DNA from: an uncultured Chloroflexia bacterium
Lineage (GTDB): Bacteria; Chloroflexota; Limnocylindria; QHBO01
Length of the DNA stretch: 64,000 nt
Direction of reading: 5' to 3'
Assembly (NCBI GenBank): GCA_963725885.1
Contig: CAVSAH010000003.1
Span: 129,697 to 193,696 of the forward strand
This document shows, one piece after another, positions 19,419 through 30,020 of the stretch (the stretch's first letter is position 1; every line of letters starts with the position of its first letter). The notes beneath the pieces are model-generated. The model saw only the letters and a program-made list of their open reading frames with translations, ran no database searches and was not told the origin of the DNA. The position numbers and the translations under genes are program-made.

Positions 19419-20133
19419 TCAGTTGGGGTTGTAGCCGAGGTCGGAGGCCGGGACGGTCGGCAGCTCGCCGTCGTCGAGGAGGCGCGTCTCGCGCCGAAGC
19501 AGCTCGAGCTCGGCGCCGAGGCGCGCGGCTGCATCGGACAGCTCGAGCAGGCGCTGCTTCCGCGTGAGCTCGACCTGCAGGAGGCCAGCGACCGCGTAGC
19601 TGGCCGCGGATCGGGTCCTCGGGCAGCTCGATCGGCCTGAGCACCTCGTCGAGCGACGCGGTCATCTCCCGGCGCTCTTCGGTCCCCTCGCTCACCGATG
19701 CGGAACGGACGACGAAGCGCTTCACGGTGGCGAGATACGCGTCCAGCGCATGCTGCACAGACGGCAGCAGCGCGGCCGCGTCGTCACCCTCCTGCTCGTC
19801 GAGCTCCGCGACCTCCACCAGGGCATAAGGACCGCTACGATCCACCGCTCCGATGACGGCCCGGGCCACTCCGACCGCGAGCAGCACCCATCGGCCGTCC
19901 GCCAGGCGCTCGGCGGTTCGCACCTCGCAGATCGTGCCGACCGGCCGCGCTGCGGCCTCGCCGCCGACCTCGGGCCCGTCGGTGATCATGCTCACCACGA
20001 AACGCCCGGCCCAGGGTGAGCCGTCGGCCACGAGGTCCTCGGTCATGCGCCGATAGCGCTCCTCGAAGACGTGGAGCGGCAGCGGGAGGTGCGGGAAGAC
20101 GACAGCGTGGAGCGGGAAGAACGGCAGGCGCAT
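19419..20133 (-). pseudogene. LON-peptidase substrate-binding (Lon N-terminal) domain protein, with one frameshift as sequenced
   Basis: MRLPFFPLHAVVFPHLPLPLHVFEERYRRM. The C-terminus (ASYAVAGLLQVELTRKQRLLELSD...DLGYNPN*) is in another frame, with the shift at about 19605. The span is 715 nt (3n+1). Confidence 0.7.
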
Positions 20134-20178
20134 CGTGAGGGCATGCTCCCACCGGCGGCGAGCGCCCGCAACCGGGAC

Positions 20179-21675
20179 CTACTCCTGGTCGACGAAGGTC
20201 GTGTCGATCTGCGCGCGCTGGAGCTTGCCGGAGTAGTCGATGTAGACGCTCTTCCACTCGCTGAAGAAGTCGAGCGCCGCCTGGCCGACCTCGCGGTGGC
20301 CGTTGCCCGTCGCCTTCGTCCCGCCGAAGGGAAGGTGCGCCTCGGCGCCGATGGTGCCGTGGTTCACGTACCCCAGGCCCGAGTCGAAGTCTCGAATGCT
20401 TCGGAAGGCGAGGTTGATGTCGTTCGTGAACAGCGAGGACGACAGGCCGTACTTCACGCTGTTGACGACGCGCACCGTCTCGTCCCAATCATCGACCGGG
20501 ATGACCGCGGTCACAGGACCGAAGATCTCCTCCTGCGCGATGCGCGCATCGGGCTTCACCTCGGCGAAGATCGTGGGCTCGAAGAAGGTCCCCTTTGCCA
20601 GCGCGCCCTCTCGAGCGGGCTCACCGCCGATGACGAGCTCGGCCTCCCCCCGGCCGACCTCGGTGTAGCCGCTGATGCGCTCGATGGCCGCCTCGTTGAT
20701 GACCGGCCCGACATCGGTCGTGTCCGCCAGGCCGTCCCCCAGCACGAGCTTCGCAACGCGCTCACGCAGCCGATGCACGAAGTCGTCGTGAATAGATCGA
20801 TGCACCACGAGGCGCGAGGCGGCGGTGCAGCGCTGCCCGCTCGTCCCGAAGGCGGACCACACCACGGAGTCGAGCGCGAGGTCGAGATCGGCATCCTCCC
20901 AGACCACGATCGGGTTCTTGCCGCCGAGCTCGAGGCTCACGCGCTTCAGGTTCTTCGCCGCGCGAGTGCTGATCTCGACGCCGGTATCGGTGTGACCCGT
21001 GAAGCTGATGAGCCTCACGTCGGGGTGCTCGACGATGGCGTTGCCGACCTGCCCACCGGACCCGGTGACGACGTTGACGACGCCCTCCGGCAGCCCTCCT
21101 TCGAGCAGCAGCTCGACGAATCGGACCAGGCAGGCGGGCGTGTCCGAGGCGGGCTTGACCACGGCGGTGTTCCCGCTGATGAGGGCCGGGAACAGCTTCC
21201 AGGCCGGAATGGCGACCGGGAAGTTCCAGGGCGTGATGATCCCGGCGACACCGATGGGCCGACGGATGGCCATGGCGAACTTGTCGGGCATCTCCGAGGG
21301 CACCGTCTGACCGAACAGGCGGCGCCCCTCCCCGGCCATGTAGTAGGCGACGTCGATTGCCTCCTGCACGTCGCCGCGGGCCTCGGGGAGGACCTTCCCC
21401 ATCTCGCGGGTCATGAGCCGCGAGAGCTCCTCCTTGTGCTCCGTCAGCGTGCGGGCGATCTTGAAGAGGATCTCGCCACGCTTCGGCGCCGGCATGGCGC
21501 TCCATGCCGGGAAAGCCGCCACCGCGGCAGCCACCGCGGCGTCGACATCGGCCGGGCCGGAAGCCGCAAATTCGCCGATGAGGTCGTCGTGATCGGCCGG
21601 GCTCACGCTGGTGAAGGTCCCGCCGCCGGCGGCGGGCTTCCAGTCGCCGCCGATAAGGTTCTGATACGTCGTCAC
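20179..21675 (-). CDS. NAD(P)-dependent aldehyde dehydrogenase
   Basis: Motifs: ITPWNFP, AVVKPAS, SLELGGKNP, SGQRCTAASR, EEIFGPV. Likely GTG start at 21675 (VTTYQNLIGG) with GGAG upstream. The ORF opens at 21711. Confidence 0.85.
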   Translation of the reverse strand: MTTYQNLIGGDWKPAAGGGTFTSVSPADHDDLIGEFAASGPADVDAAVAAAVAAFPAWSAMPAPKRGEILFKIARTLTEHKEELSRLMTREMGKVLPEARGDVQEAIDVAYYMAGEGRRLFGQTVPSEMPDKFAMAIRRPIGVAGIITPWNFPVAIPAWKLFPALISGNTAVVKPASDTPACLVRFVELLLEGGLPEGVVNVVTGSGGQVGNAIVEHPDVRLISFTGHTDTGVEISTRAAKNLKRVSLELGGKNPIVVWEDADLDLALDSVVWSAFGTSGQRCTAASRLVVHRSIHDDFVHRLRERVAKLVLGDGLADTTDVGPVINEAAIERISGYTEVGRGEAELVIGGEPAREGALAKGTFFEPTIFAEVKPDARIAQEEIFGPVTAVIPVDDWDETVRVVNSVKYGLSSSLFTNDINLAFRSIRDFDSGLGYVNHGTIGAEAHLPFGGTKATGNGHREVGQAALDFFSEWKSVYIDYSGKLQRAQIDTTFVDQE

Positions 21676-21864
21676 GGAGAGTCGAGCTCCTCGGGGTGAG
21701 TGGGGCGGCACGGCCGCGCACGGCGCCGTCTTCGGGCGATTCTATCGGGTCGGTGATAAGCCGCTGGTAAGCGGCGGCGAAGAGACTCTGCGCCATCATG
21801 GGCCGCACATCCACGCCAAAGGCTCACACGCCGGCTCGCCTCCAACGGATTGGAGGCTCATTCC

Positions 21865-22779
21865 ATGGACTCGAGGCGGACTCTCGGAGCGCTGCTGCTG
21901 GCAGCGCTGACCGTGATCGTCGGCACATCGCCGGCGCACGGCGCAACGCCCATCCCCACACCATCCTCCCAGGCACCTATGGCCATCGGTGAGAGGCCGC
22001 TGACCGCGGCCGAGAAGAAGCTCTCGCAGGCGAAGATCGCTGCCGCCGAGGCGTTCGCGGCGCGCCTGCGCTCGAGCGGCTTCGGCCTCGTATCGCTCGC
22101 CTGCGTCCCCAACATCGCGCCGCCGGACGGCACCGCCGTGCCATCGACGCCGGCCGCGCGCAAACCATCGGCTGAGGCATCGTGCGCTCCCCCGTCCGGG
22201 TTCCTCTCGGTGGAGGCCCGTCAGCAGGCAAAGTCCCACTACTGCGGCCCGGCGGTCGGCCAGGTCATCTCCAACTACGCCTGGGCCATGGCGTCCGGCA
22301 AGAACAAGTTCGGCCAGGCGACGATCGCGGGCTGGATGAAGACCGACCTCTACGGCCAGACCAGCGCGCCGGAGCTCGCCGCGGGGCTCAACCGTGCCAC
22401 CTCCGGCTCCCCACGGCACAAGCCGGGATTCACGTGGGGCATCACCGACCTGCGGGACGGCGACGGTGACGGCAGCACCGCTGACGAGCTCCAGGCGTAC
22501 CTCATGAGCGCCATCTCGGGCGTGAAGATGCCGATCGCCCTCGCGGTCAAGCCGCATGATCCGGGATCCGCCTACAACCTGGCCAGCTGGCCGAATCCGA
22601 TCCGCACCAGCGGCCACTGGATCTCGGCCTATGGCTGGGTCGGCACCGGCGGTGACTCGGCGAAGACGTACTACGCCGATTCCTCCGGCGTGCAGGGCGG
22701 GGGGACCGGCAAGTACTGGAACCTGACCTCGGTCATCGCCAACCTCATCGACGAGCACACGCGGAGGATCGTCTGGTGA
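21865..22779 (+). CDS. Secreted papain-fold cysteine peptidase, C39-like
   Basis: GGAGG lies 8 nt before ATG 21865. Signal peptide (LGALLLAALTVIVGTSPAHG). Candidate catalytic Cys in KSHYCGPAVGQV, His in SGHWISAYGW, and Asp in YYADSSG. Confidence 0.55.
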   Translation: MDSRRTLGALLLAALTVIVGTSPAHGATPIPTPSSQAPMAIGERPLTAAEKKLSQAKIAAAEAFAARLRSSGFGLVSLACVPNIAPPDGTAVPSTPAARKPSAEASCAPPSGFLSVEARQQAKSHYCGPAVGQVISNYAWAMASGKNKFGQATIAGWMKTDLYGQTSAPELAAGLNRATSGSPRHKPGFTWGITDLRDGDGDGSTADELQAYLMSAISGVKMPIALAVKPHDPGSAYNLASWPNPIRTSGHWISAYGWVGTGGDSAKTYYADSSGVQGGGTGKYWNLTSVIANLIDEHTRRIVW

Positions 22780-23957
22780 GGCGATGCCGGCGAGCCTTCA
22801 CACTCGGCGTGATCGCCATTGTGATCGCGGCCTGCGGCACCGTGAGCTCGGTGCCGTCTGGCGCCCCCGACGTTACCAGCTCGCCGGCACCATCCCCGCG
22901 GCCGTCGACCTCCGCCGATCAGTCTCTCGAATCGACGCCGGGCGGGAAACTGGGGAGCATCGCCTCCCTGATGACGATCAAGGCGGCCGATGCCACGTTC
23001 TCGTCACGCGTTCTCGAGTTCGCCAGCACAGGTTCGGCGATCATCGCGTCCGCGGGCACGGGCGACGACGCGGCCCCCGACCTCTACTCGATCCTTCCGA
23101 GCACCGGCGAGCCAAGCCTGCTGTGGGAGAACCCCGAGCGGCAGCGCTCGATCGTGAAGCTGGCCGGAGACGGGGACACCATCGCCTTCGTCGACATGCC
23201 CGTGTCCGGCGACATCGACTGGACGCTTCGGCTCATCCCGGATGTCGGTGAGGAGGCGATCGTTCTCGACGAGTACGCCGGCGATGGCGACGCCTCGTCC
23301 ATGGTTCCGTCCTTCAGCGTGTACTGGCCGTACGTCGCGTGGACCGCGTTCGATGCCGGCCTCGACGGCCCGGTGTCGCAGCTGGTGGTGGCCAAGTCCC
23401 CGGACTGGGAGCCGCGCGTGATCGCCGAGCGCTCGGCGGCCAAGGCCGAGCTGTGGTTCCCGCACGTCTACGGCGCTTCTCTGCTCTATACCGAGCTCAC
23501 GTATGCCGAGGATCGGGAGAGCGATGAGCGAACCGTCTGGCTGACCGACGTGCACGGGACCGATCCGGAACGCCTCGACGCCACCGGGTTCGCGACGATG
23601 CCGGTCATGAACCAGTACGGCGTGGCCTGGAAGGAGGGTGAGCCCGGGTTCCACATGCTCAACTGGGGCGCGGTCACCGCGTACGACGCCGATGGCGGGA
23701 CCACGCTGCCGGTCACGGGCTCCTCGGCGAACTTCCCTTCAGCAGGAGAGCGCTACATGACGTGGTGGAGCGTCGACTCATCGCGACTCGAGGTGTGGGA
23801 CGCGCGACGGGCGATGACGCGCGACATCGTCACCTACGAGGGCGGTGCGCCGCAGATTCAGCGCCCACACGTCGAGGGCGGGCTGCTCGCCTGGCTGTTC
23901 GTCGACGAGTCGGTCGAGCCGTCGCTGCGGGAGATCCGCTACGCGTTCCTACCCTAG
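22776..23957 (+). CDS. Putative lipoprotein, possibly beta-propeller (TolB-like) fold
   Basis: The GTG start overlaps the peptidase stop as GTGA. Lipobox [10 protein letters not shown]. Repetitive W/Y-rich strand-like segments. Fold not verified. Confidence 0.5.
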   Translation: MRRCRRAFTLGVIAIVIAACGTVSSVPSGAPDVTSSPAPSPRPSTSADQSLESTPGGKLGSIASLMTIKAADATFSSRVLEFASTGSAIIASAGTGDDAAPDLYSILPSTGEPSLLWENPERQRSIVKLAGDGDTIAFVDMPVSGDIDWTLRLIPDVGEEAIVLDEYAGDGDASSMVPSFSVYWPYVAWTAFDAGLDGPVSQLVVAKSPDWEPRVIAERSAAKAELWFPHVYGASLLYTELTYAEDRESDERTVWLTDVHGTDPERLDATGFATMPVMNQYGVAWKEGEPGFHMLNWGAVTAYDADGGTTLPVTGSSANFPSAGERYMTWWSVDSSRLEVWDARRAMTRDIVTYEGGAPQIQRPHVEGGLLAWLFVDESVEPSLREIRYAFLP

Positions 23958-25349
23958 GGGCCGCGTCATGCGCGCGACGTCCAGCGCCTCGTCCAGCTGC
24001 TCGGCGGTGAGGCGGCCGGCGGCGACGTGCCCGCGCTCGACGACGACCTGGCGGATGGTCTTGCGCTCCGCGAGCGCCTGCTTCGCGATGCTCGCCGCCT
24101 CCTCGTAGCCGAGGTACTCGTTGAGGGGGGTCACGATCGCCGGCGAGCTCTCCGCGTACTCGCGCAGCCGCTCCACGTTGGCGGTGATGCCGTCGACACA
24201 GCGGTCGGCGAGGAGCCGCGTCACCGCCGCAAGGAGCCGGATCGACTCGAGCAGGTTGCGCCCGAGCACGGGGAGCATGACGTTGAGCTCGAAGTTCCCC
24301 GCGGCGCCACCCCATGCGACCGCCGCGTCGTTGCCGATGACCTGGGCGCAGGCCATCAGCGTCGCCTCGGGGATGACCGGGTTCACCTTCCCCGGCATGA
24401 TCGACGACCCGGGCTGGAGGTCCGGCAGGTTGATCTCGCCCAGTCCCGCGCGCGGGCCCGAGCCCATCCAGCGTAGGTCGTTCGCGATCTTCGTCAGTCC
24501 GACCGCGATGGTCCGCAGCTGTCCGGACAGCTCGACCAGGCCGTCGCGCGCGCCCTGCGCCTCGAAGTGGTCGCGGGCCTCGGTCAGCGGGAGCCCCGTG
24601 CTCGCCGCGAGCTCCGCGATCACGCGCCCACCGAATCCGGGAGGCGCATTGATGCCCGTACCGACGGCCGTCCCGCCGAGCGGCAGCTCGGCGACGCGCG
24701 GGAGGGTCGCGTCCAGGCGCTCGACGCCCAGCCGCATCTGCGCGGCATAGCCACCGAACTCCTGGCCGAGGGTAACCGGCGTCGCGTCCATCAGGTGGGT
24801 ACGGCCGGACTTGACGACATCGACGAACTCGGTGGCCTTGCGCTCGAGGGCGGTGGCGAGGTGCTCGAGAGCCGGCACGAGATCGCCAACCACCGCGGCC
24901 GTGGCCGCGACGTGGATCGACGCCGGGAACAAATCGTTCGACGACATCGGATGGTTGACGTCGTCGTTGGGATGCACCGGGCGCCCCAGCCGCTCCGTTG
25001 CGAGCGTGGCGAGCACCTCGTTCATGTTCATGTTGCTGCTCGTCCCCGAGCCGGTCTGGAAGACGTCGATCGGGAACTGGTCGTCGTGCGCGCCGCCGGC
25101 GACCTCCTCGGCGGCGGCGATGATGGCATCGGCGAGGTCGGGCTCAAGCGTGCCGTCGGAGCGCTTGACCGATGCGACAGCCGCCTTGATCCGGGCCAGC
25201 GCCTCGATCTGCGATCGCTCGAGCCCGCGGCCCGAGATCGGGAAGTTCTCGACCGCGCGCTGGGTCTGAGCACGCCACTTCGCGGAGGCGGGGACCCGGA
25301 CCTCGCCCATCGAGTCCCGCTCCACGCGGGTCTCGGCGTCGTCGGTCAT
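23949..25349 (-). CDS. fumC: Fumarate hydratase, class II
   Basis: 466 aa. Motifs: [32 protein letters not shown]. Confidence 0.9.
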   Translation of the reverse strand: MTDDAETRVERDSMGEVRVPASAKWRAQTQRAVENFPISGRGLERSQIEALARIKAAVASVKRSDGTLEPDLADAIIAAAEEVAGGAHDDQFPIDVFQTGSGTSSNMNMNEVLATLATERLGRPVHPNDDVNHPMSSNDLFPASIHVAATAAVVGDLVPALEHLATALERKATEFVDVVKSGRTHLMDATPVTLGQEFGGYAAQMRLGVERLDATLPRVAELPLGGTAVGTGINAPPGFGGRVIAELAASTGLPLTEARDHFEAQGARDGLVELSGQLRTIAVGLTKIANDLRWMGSGPRAGLGEINLPDLQPGSSIMPGKVNPVIPEATLMACAQVIGNDAAVAWGGAAGNFELNVMLPVLGRNLLESIRLLAAVTRLLADRCVDGITANVERLREYAESSPAIVTPLNEYLGYEEAASIAKQALAERKTIRQVVVERGHVAAGRLTAEQLDEALDVARMTRPLG

Positions 25350-25795
25350 CGGCTGAAGTCTGGCTCGACGGCGTCGGTGAAGCGGATGACCGGCGGGATG
25401 AGGTACGGCAGGACACCGGCCTCCAGGTCCTCGAGCAGCCTGCCGGCTTCACCGATGAGCTCGTTGACGAACACGCCCTGGTGAGCGGGCTGATACGGCT
25501 TCAGCCGTTCGAGGCCTTCGGCCAGCTTCGTCCGAGCGCCGCGCAGGTTCTTGCGCTGGAGGTGCAGCAGCCCGGCGGCGACCTGGATGAGGCCCTGGTA
25601 GAAGTCGCGCTCGGGGTCGGGCGCGGCACGCCACAGGCGCTCCCACTCCTCGTGCGCATGCCAGTACCGCACGCCGTTGAAGAGGGCGATGCCGCGGCGG
25701 AAGGCGCGCTCGGCCTCGGCTGGATCCAGGGGCGGAGTGCGGCCGGGAGCGGGCTGCTCGGGCGAGTCCGCCGACGAGGTCGAGCTCGTGCTCAT
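25346..25795 (-). CDS. DUF309 domain protein
   Basis: [18 protein letters not shown]...[17 protein letters not shown]. Its stop overlaps the fumC start as ATGA. Confidence 0.65.
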   Translation of the reverse strand: MSTSSTSSADSPEQPAPGRTPPLDPAEAERAFRRGIALFNGVRYWHAHEEWERLWRAAPDPERDFYQGLIQVAAGLLHLQRKNLRGARTKLAEGLERLKPYQPAHQGVFVNELIGEAGRLLEDLEAGVLPYLIPPVIRFTDAVEPDFSR

Positions 25796-25816
25796 CGGCC
25801 CGATCCTAGCACCCGG

Positions 25817-26284
25817 TCAGGGGACGGAGCTCCGATCGCGATGCAGCTCGGCGTCATTCGGCAGCGCGGCCGCGATGGCATTTCGGTAGCGGATGCCCGA
25901 GGAGTGGCGGGCGAGCCAGCGCAGGTAGTCCGGGTCGCTTCGCGCGAGGTCGGCGATCGACCGGCCGGTATACCGGCCGAAGTCGAGAACGGTGTTCGCA
26001 TCGGCCCGTGGGGGAGTCCACGTCGTACCCGGTGCAGCCCTCGGCTTGGCGATCGCGATGGGGGTGGTCCGAGCCATGGCGCGCTGGGCGTCGAGCTGGG
26101 CGCGTCGGGCCGGATCTCGGAGGATCGCGACGGCGGTGCTCAGCTCTGCCATGAGCGCGGTGTCGGGGGCGTCGCCGTCCGGATGGGAGCGGCGCGCGAG
26201 GGCCCGGTAGGATGCCTCGATCACGATCAGCTCAGCTGCTGGATCGACCTGGAGCACGGCATACGCGTCGCGATGCTCGATCAC
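25817..26284 (-). CDS. J-domain protein with a C-terminal DUF3820-like module
   Basis: DAYAVLQV...YRALARRSHPDG (HPD motif), then FGRYTGRSIADLARSDPDYLRWL. I assume the GTG start at 26284. The ORF opens at 26368. Confidence 0.55.
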   Translation of the reverse strand: MIEHRDAYAVLQVDPAAELIVIEASYRALARRSHPDGDAPDTALMAELSTAVAILRDPARRAQLDAQRAMARTTPIAIAKPRAAPGTTWTPPRADANTVLDFGRYTGRSIADLARSDPDYLRWLARHSSGIRYRNAIAAALPNDAELHRDRSSVP

Positions 26285-26358
26285 CGATGGGCTCCTCCCC
26301 TCGCTCGACAGTCGATGGAGTATGGCACGACCCGTCCAGCCCGCTAGATTGCGCCAAG

Positions 26359-27978
26359 ATGCATCCACCCTCCAATGCCTGGTGGCAGACGGCCGCCGTC
26401 TACCAGGTCTACCCGCGCAGCTTCGCCGACACCACCGGCGACGGGACCGGCGACCTTCGCGGCATCACGGCCCGGCTGGACCACCTCGGGTGGCTGGGCG
26501 TTGACGCGATCTGGATCTCGCCGTTCTATCCCTCTCCGATGGCCGACTTCGGCTACGACGTCGCCGACCACCGCGATATCGATCCACTGTTCGGGACGCT
26601 CGCCGACTTCGACGACCTGCTTGGCGCAGCCCACGATCGGGGCATCCGCGTGCTCGTCGACTACGTGCCCAACCACACCAGCGATGAGCATCCGTGGTTC
26701 ATCGAGTCGCGCTCGAGCCGGACGAGCCCGAAGCGCGACTGGTTCTTCTGGCGCGACCCGAAGCCGGATGGCTCGCCCCCGAACAACTGGATCAGCATGT
26801 TCGCCGGCTCCTCGTGGCAATGGGATCCGGCGACGGAGCAGTCCTACCTGCATACGTTCCTCCCCGAGCAGCCCGACCTGAACTGGCGCAACCCGGACGT
26901 CAAGCGAGCGATGTTCGACGTTGCCCGCTTCTGGCTCGACCGCGGCGTGGACGGCTTCCGGATCGACGTTGCGCCGATGGTCATGAAGGATCCGCTGCTG
27001 CGCGACAACCCGATCGACCCGAGCCCGGATCCGACCCGGCTCCGCCTCGGATCGTGGCTGTCCCAGGTACACGTGAACGATCTGAACCATCCGGACATGC
27101 ACGGGCTGTATCGGGACTTCCGGCGCCTGCTCGACGCCTACCCGGGCGACCGCGTCAGCATCGGAGAGCTGCATCACCCTGACTTCGAGCGCTGGGCCGA
27201 GTACTACGGCGAGCGGCAGGACGAGATCCACGTGCCGTTCAACTTCCACGTCATCAACGCGGCATGGACGGCCGCCGGCGTGCGTCACGCGGTCGAGGGA
27301 GTCCAGGGCGCCCTTCCGCCGGGAGCGTGGGCGAGCTGGGTCCTCGGCAACCACGACCAGCCCCGCTTCGCGTCGCCGAGCCGCGCGGGACGCGATCAGG
27401 CACGGGTCGGGATGCTCATGCTCCTGACCCTCCGCGGCACGCCGACGATCTATTACGGCGAGGAGATCGGCATGGTCGACGTCCCCGTCGCGACCGCCGA
27501 CGCCCGTGATCCGCTCGAGCACCGCGAGCCGGGCCGCGGGCGCGATGGCTGCCGCTCACCGATGCAGTGGGACGCCTCGCCCAACGCCGGGTTTACCGCA
27601 CCCGGGTCCACGCCGTGGCTGCCGCTGGCTCCCGACGCCGCCAGCGTGAACGTGCAGGCTCAGCGCGACGATCCGTCCTCGCTGTTGGTTCTCACGCGCG
27701 ACCTGCTCCGCCTGCGCAGGGAGCATCCGACCCTCCATCGCGGCGACTTCGAGCGGTTCGGTCCGACGCCCGACGGCACGTTCGCCTTTAGGCGCATCGA
27801 CCCGGCTGGCTCGCTCAACGTCCTGCTGAACCTGACCGATGCGCCACGCTCGATCCCGGACGGCGGCCCCGGCCGCGTGCTCATCGGGACGCATCGCGAC
27901 CGTAGCGGCGAATGGGTCGAGCGCATGGCCGAGCTGCGCCCCAACGAGGCCCTCGTGGTCGAGTCGACGCGCGTCTGA
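26359..27978 (+). CDS. GH13 alpha-glucosidase (oligo-1,6-glucosidase / trehalose-6-phosphate hydrolase-like)
   Basis: Motifs: WWQTAAVYQVYPRSFAD, GDLRGI, YVPNHTS, GFRIDV, GELH, LGNHDQ. Confidence 0.85.
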   Translation: MHPPSNAWWQTAAVYQVYPRSFADTTGDGTGDLRGITARLDHLGWLGVDAIWISPFYPSPMADFGYDVADHRDIDPLFGTLADFDDLLGAAHDRGIRVLVDYVPNHTSDEHPWFIESRSSRTSPKRDWFFWRDPKPDGSPPNNWISMFAGSSWQWDPATEQSYLHTFLPEQPDLNWRNPDVKRAMFDVARFWLDRGVDGFRIDVAPMVMKDPLLRDNPIDPSPDPTRLRLGSWLSQVHVNDLNHPDMHGLYRDFRRLLDAYPGDRVSIGELHHPDFERWAEYYGERQDEIHVPFNFHVINAAWTAAGVRHAVEGVQGALPPGAWASWVLGNHDQPRFASPSRAGRDQARVGMLMLLTLRGTPTIYYGEEIGMVDVPVATADARDPLEHREPGRGRDGCRSPMQWDASPNAGFTAPGSTPWLPLAPDAASVNVQAQRDDPSSLLVLTRDLLRLRREHPTLHRGDFERFGPTPDGTFAFRRIDPAGSLNVLLNLTDAPRSIPDGGPGRVLIGTHRDRSGEWVERMAELRPNEALVVESTRV

Positions 27979-27990
27979 CTCGCGCGAGCG

Positions 27991-28443
27991 CTACGCCGAG
28001 GGTCGAAGCTCTCCGGCTTCCATCAACCTCTTGAGATTGATGAGTCCTTCATCCCACTTGCCTCCGTACCAGCGCGCGAACACAGCCCCGATGGGGGTCA
28101 GGATTCCACCCATCCGGATCTCGATCTCGGCGTCCACCCTGGTGCCGGCATCCACTGGCGCGAACCGCAGCGTCGCGTCGAACGGCGCGTTCGGCGACGT
28201 CCCCGCCATCGCCGCCAGGCGCGGCGGATCGTATGCGGTGACCATCGCGTTGTTCTCCTGGACGCGACCGAGCATCCGGATCCTCGCGCGGCGCGTGGAA
28301 CCGACGCCGTGCGGGGGCGCGGACGTCCAATGTTCCTCGACGTCGAGCGGGAACCAGCGTCCGCTCAGCGTGACGTCGGTGAGGACGGCGAAGACCTCCT
28401 CGATCGGGCGCGCGACGATGACCGCGTGGTGCGTCCTCGCCAT
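27991..28443 (-). CDS. SRPBCC (polyketide cyclase/dehydrase-like) family protein
   Basis: 150 aa with the typical opening HAVIVARPIEEVFAVLTDV...WFP. Confidence 0.6.
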   Translation of the reverse strand: MARTHHAVIVARPIEEVFAVLTDVTLSGRWFPLDVEEHWTSAPPHGVGSTRRARIRMLGRVQENNAMVTAYDPPRLAAMAGTSPNAPFDATLRFAPVDAGTRVDAEIEIRMGGILTPIGAVFARWYGGKWDEGLINLKRLMEAGELRPSA

Positions 28444-28528
28444 GTCGCGTCAGTCGACGACCTTGGCCATCGCGTGCTTACCTCGAGACGCCCGCTCCCT
28501 CACGGCGCGGACCGCGTTCGGATCGGCG

Positions 28529-29893
28529 TCAGCCGATGCGGATCAGCTTTTTGTTGGTGAACTCGTCGGCACCGAAGCGACCAAGCTCGCGGCCTGAGCC
28601 CGAGCGCTTGATCCCGCCAAACGGCAGCTCGGCGCCGTCGGCGAGCACGACGTTCACGAACACCATGCCCGCCTCGATGCCGTCGGCGACGCGAAGCGCC
28701 TGCGCCGGGTCGGTGGAGTAGACGTACGAGCCCAGGCCGTACGGGGTGTCGTTGGCGATCCGCACGGCGTCGGCTTCGTCCCTGGCGCGGTACACCTGCG
28801 CGACCGGGCCGAAGAACTCCTCCTGGGAGGCGGGGTTGTCGGGGGTGACATCCGTCAACACAGTTGTCTGAAAGAACGCGCCGTCGCGCGCGCCCCCGTG
28901 CACGAGCTTGGCGCCGTGCTCGATCGCACGCCTGACCTGCTCGTCGAGACGTTCGGCGGCCTGCAGCGAGGAGAGGGGACCGAGCGCCGAGTCGGCCGAC
29001 GTGGGATCGGTCGCTTCGATCGCGGCGATGTTGGCGGTGAACTTCTCGAGGAATGGCTCGTACAGCTCGTCGGCGACGATGAAGCGCTTGGCCGCGTTGC
29101 ACGACTGGCCGCTGTTGTCGAGGCGGGCGTCGACCGCGTTCTGCACGGCGGCGTCGAGGTCGTTGGTCGATAGGAGGATGAACGGGTCCGAGCCGCCGAG
29201 CTCGAGCACGACCTTCTTCAGGTGGCGACCGGCGATTTCGGCGACCTCGGCGCCGGCCCGCTCGGAGCCGGTGAGCGACACGCCCTGCACCCGCGGGTCG
29301 GCGATGACCCGCTCCAGCTGGTTGTGCGAGGCATAGACGTTCACGTAGGCGCCGGCCGGGAAGCCCGCGTCGAGGAAGACCTGCTCCATCGCGGCGGCGG
29401 ACTCGGGGCACTGGCCGGCGTGCTTGAGCAGGATCGTGTTGCCTATGATGAGATTCGGGCCGGCGAAGCGGGCGACCTGGTAGTACGGGAAGTTCCACGG
29501 CATGACGCCCAGCAGAACCCCGAGCGAGGAGCGGCGGATGATCGCCGAGCCATCGCCGGCGAGGAGCTCGACCGGCTCGTCCTTCAGGAAGTCCGGCGAA
29601 TGGTCGGCGTAGTACCCGTAGATGTCCGCGGCAAAGTCAACCTCGGAGAGCGCCTGACCGATCGGCTTCCCCATCTCGCGCACGATGAGCTCGGCCAGCT
29701 GCTGGCGGCGCTCGGTGTGGAGCTCGGCGACGCGGCGGATGAGGGCCGCGCGCTCCTCGACCGTGGTCGACTTCGACCAGGTGCGGTGCGCCTCGTCGGC
29801 TGCGGCAATCGCGGCCTCGAGCTCGGCATCGGTGATCGTATCGAATGTCTTGACCGTCTCCCCGGTGGCGGGGTTGGTCACGGCATAGCCCAT
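28529..29893 (-). CDS. NAD(P)-dependent succinate-semialdehyde dehydrogenase-like aldehyde dehydrogenase
   Basis: 454 aa from ATG 29893 (MGYAVTNPATGE). Motifs: MPWNFP, ILLKHA, VLELGGSDP, SGQSCNAAKR, EEFFGPV. Confidence 0.8.
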   Translation of the reverse strand: MGYAVTNPATGETVKTFDTITDAELEAAIAAADEAHRTWSKSTTVEERAALIRRVAELHTERRQQLAELIVREMGKPIGQALSEVDFAADIYGYYADHSPDFLKDEPVELLAGDGSAIIRRSSLGVLLGVMPWNFPYYQVARFAGPNLIIGNTILLKHAGQCPESAAAMEQVFLDAGFPAGAYVNVYASHNQLERVIADPRVQGVSLTGSERAGAEVAEIAGRHLKKVVLELGGSDPFILLSTNDLDAAVQNAVDARLDNSGQSCNAAKRFIVADELYEPFLEKFTANIAAIEATDPTSADSALGPLSSLQAAERLDEQVRRAIEHGAKLVHGGARDGAFFQTTVLTDVTPDNPASQEEFFGPVAQVYRARDEADAVRIANDTPYGLGSYVYSTDPAQALRVADGIEAGMVFVNVVLADGAELPFGGIKRSGSGRELGRFGADEFTNKKLIRIG

Positions 29894-30020
29894 CGTGTGG
29901 ATCTCCTCGAGATGAGCAGGGTGGTTGGTGGCGCCATCGCACCGATCAGGTGCCGATTCTAGCCTCCTCCGTCCCGATTCCGGATCGGTTGATCCGAGTG
30001 GTGCCCCGAATCCGCGAGGC

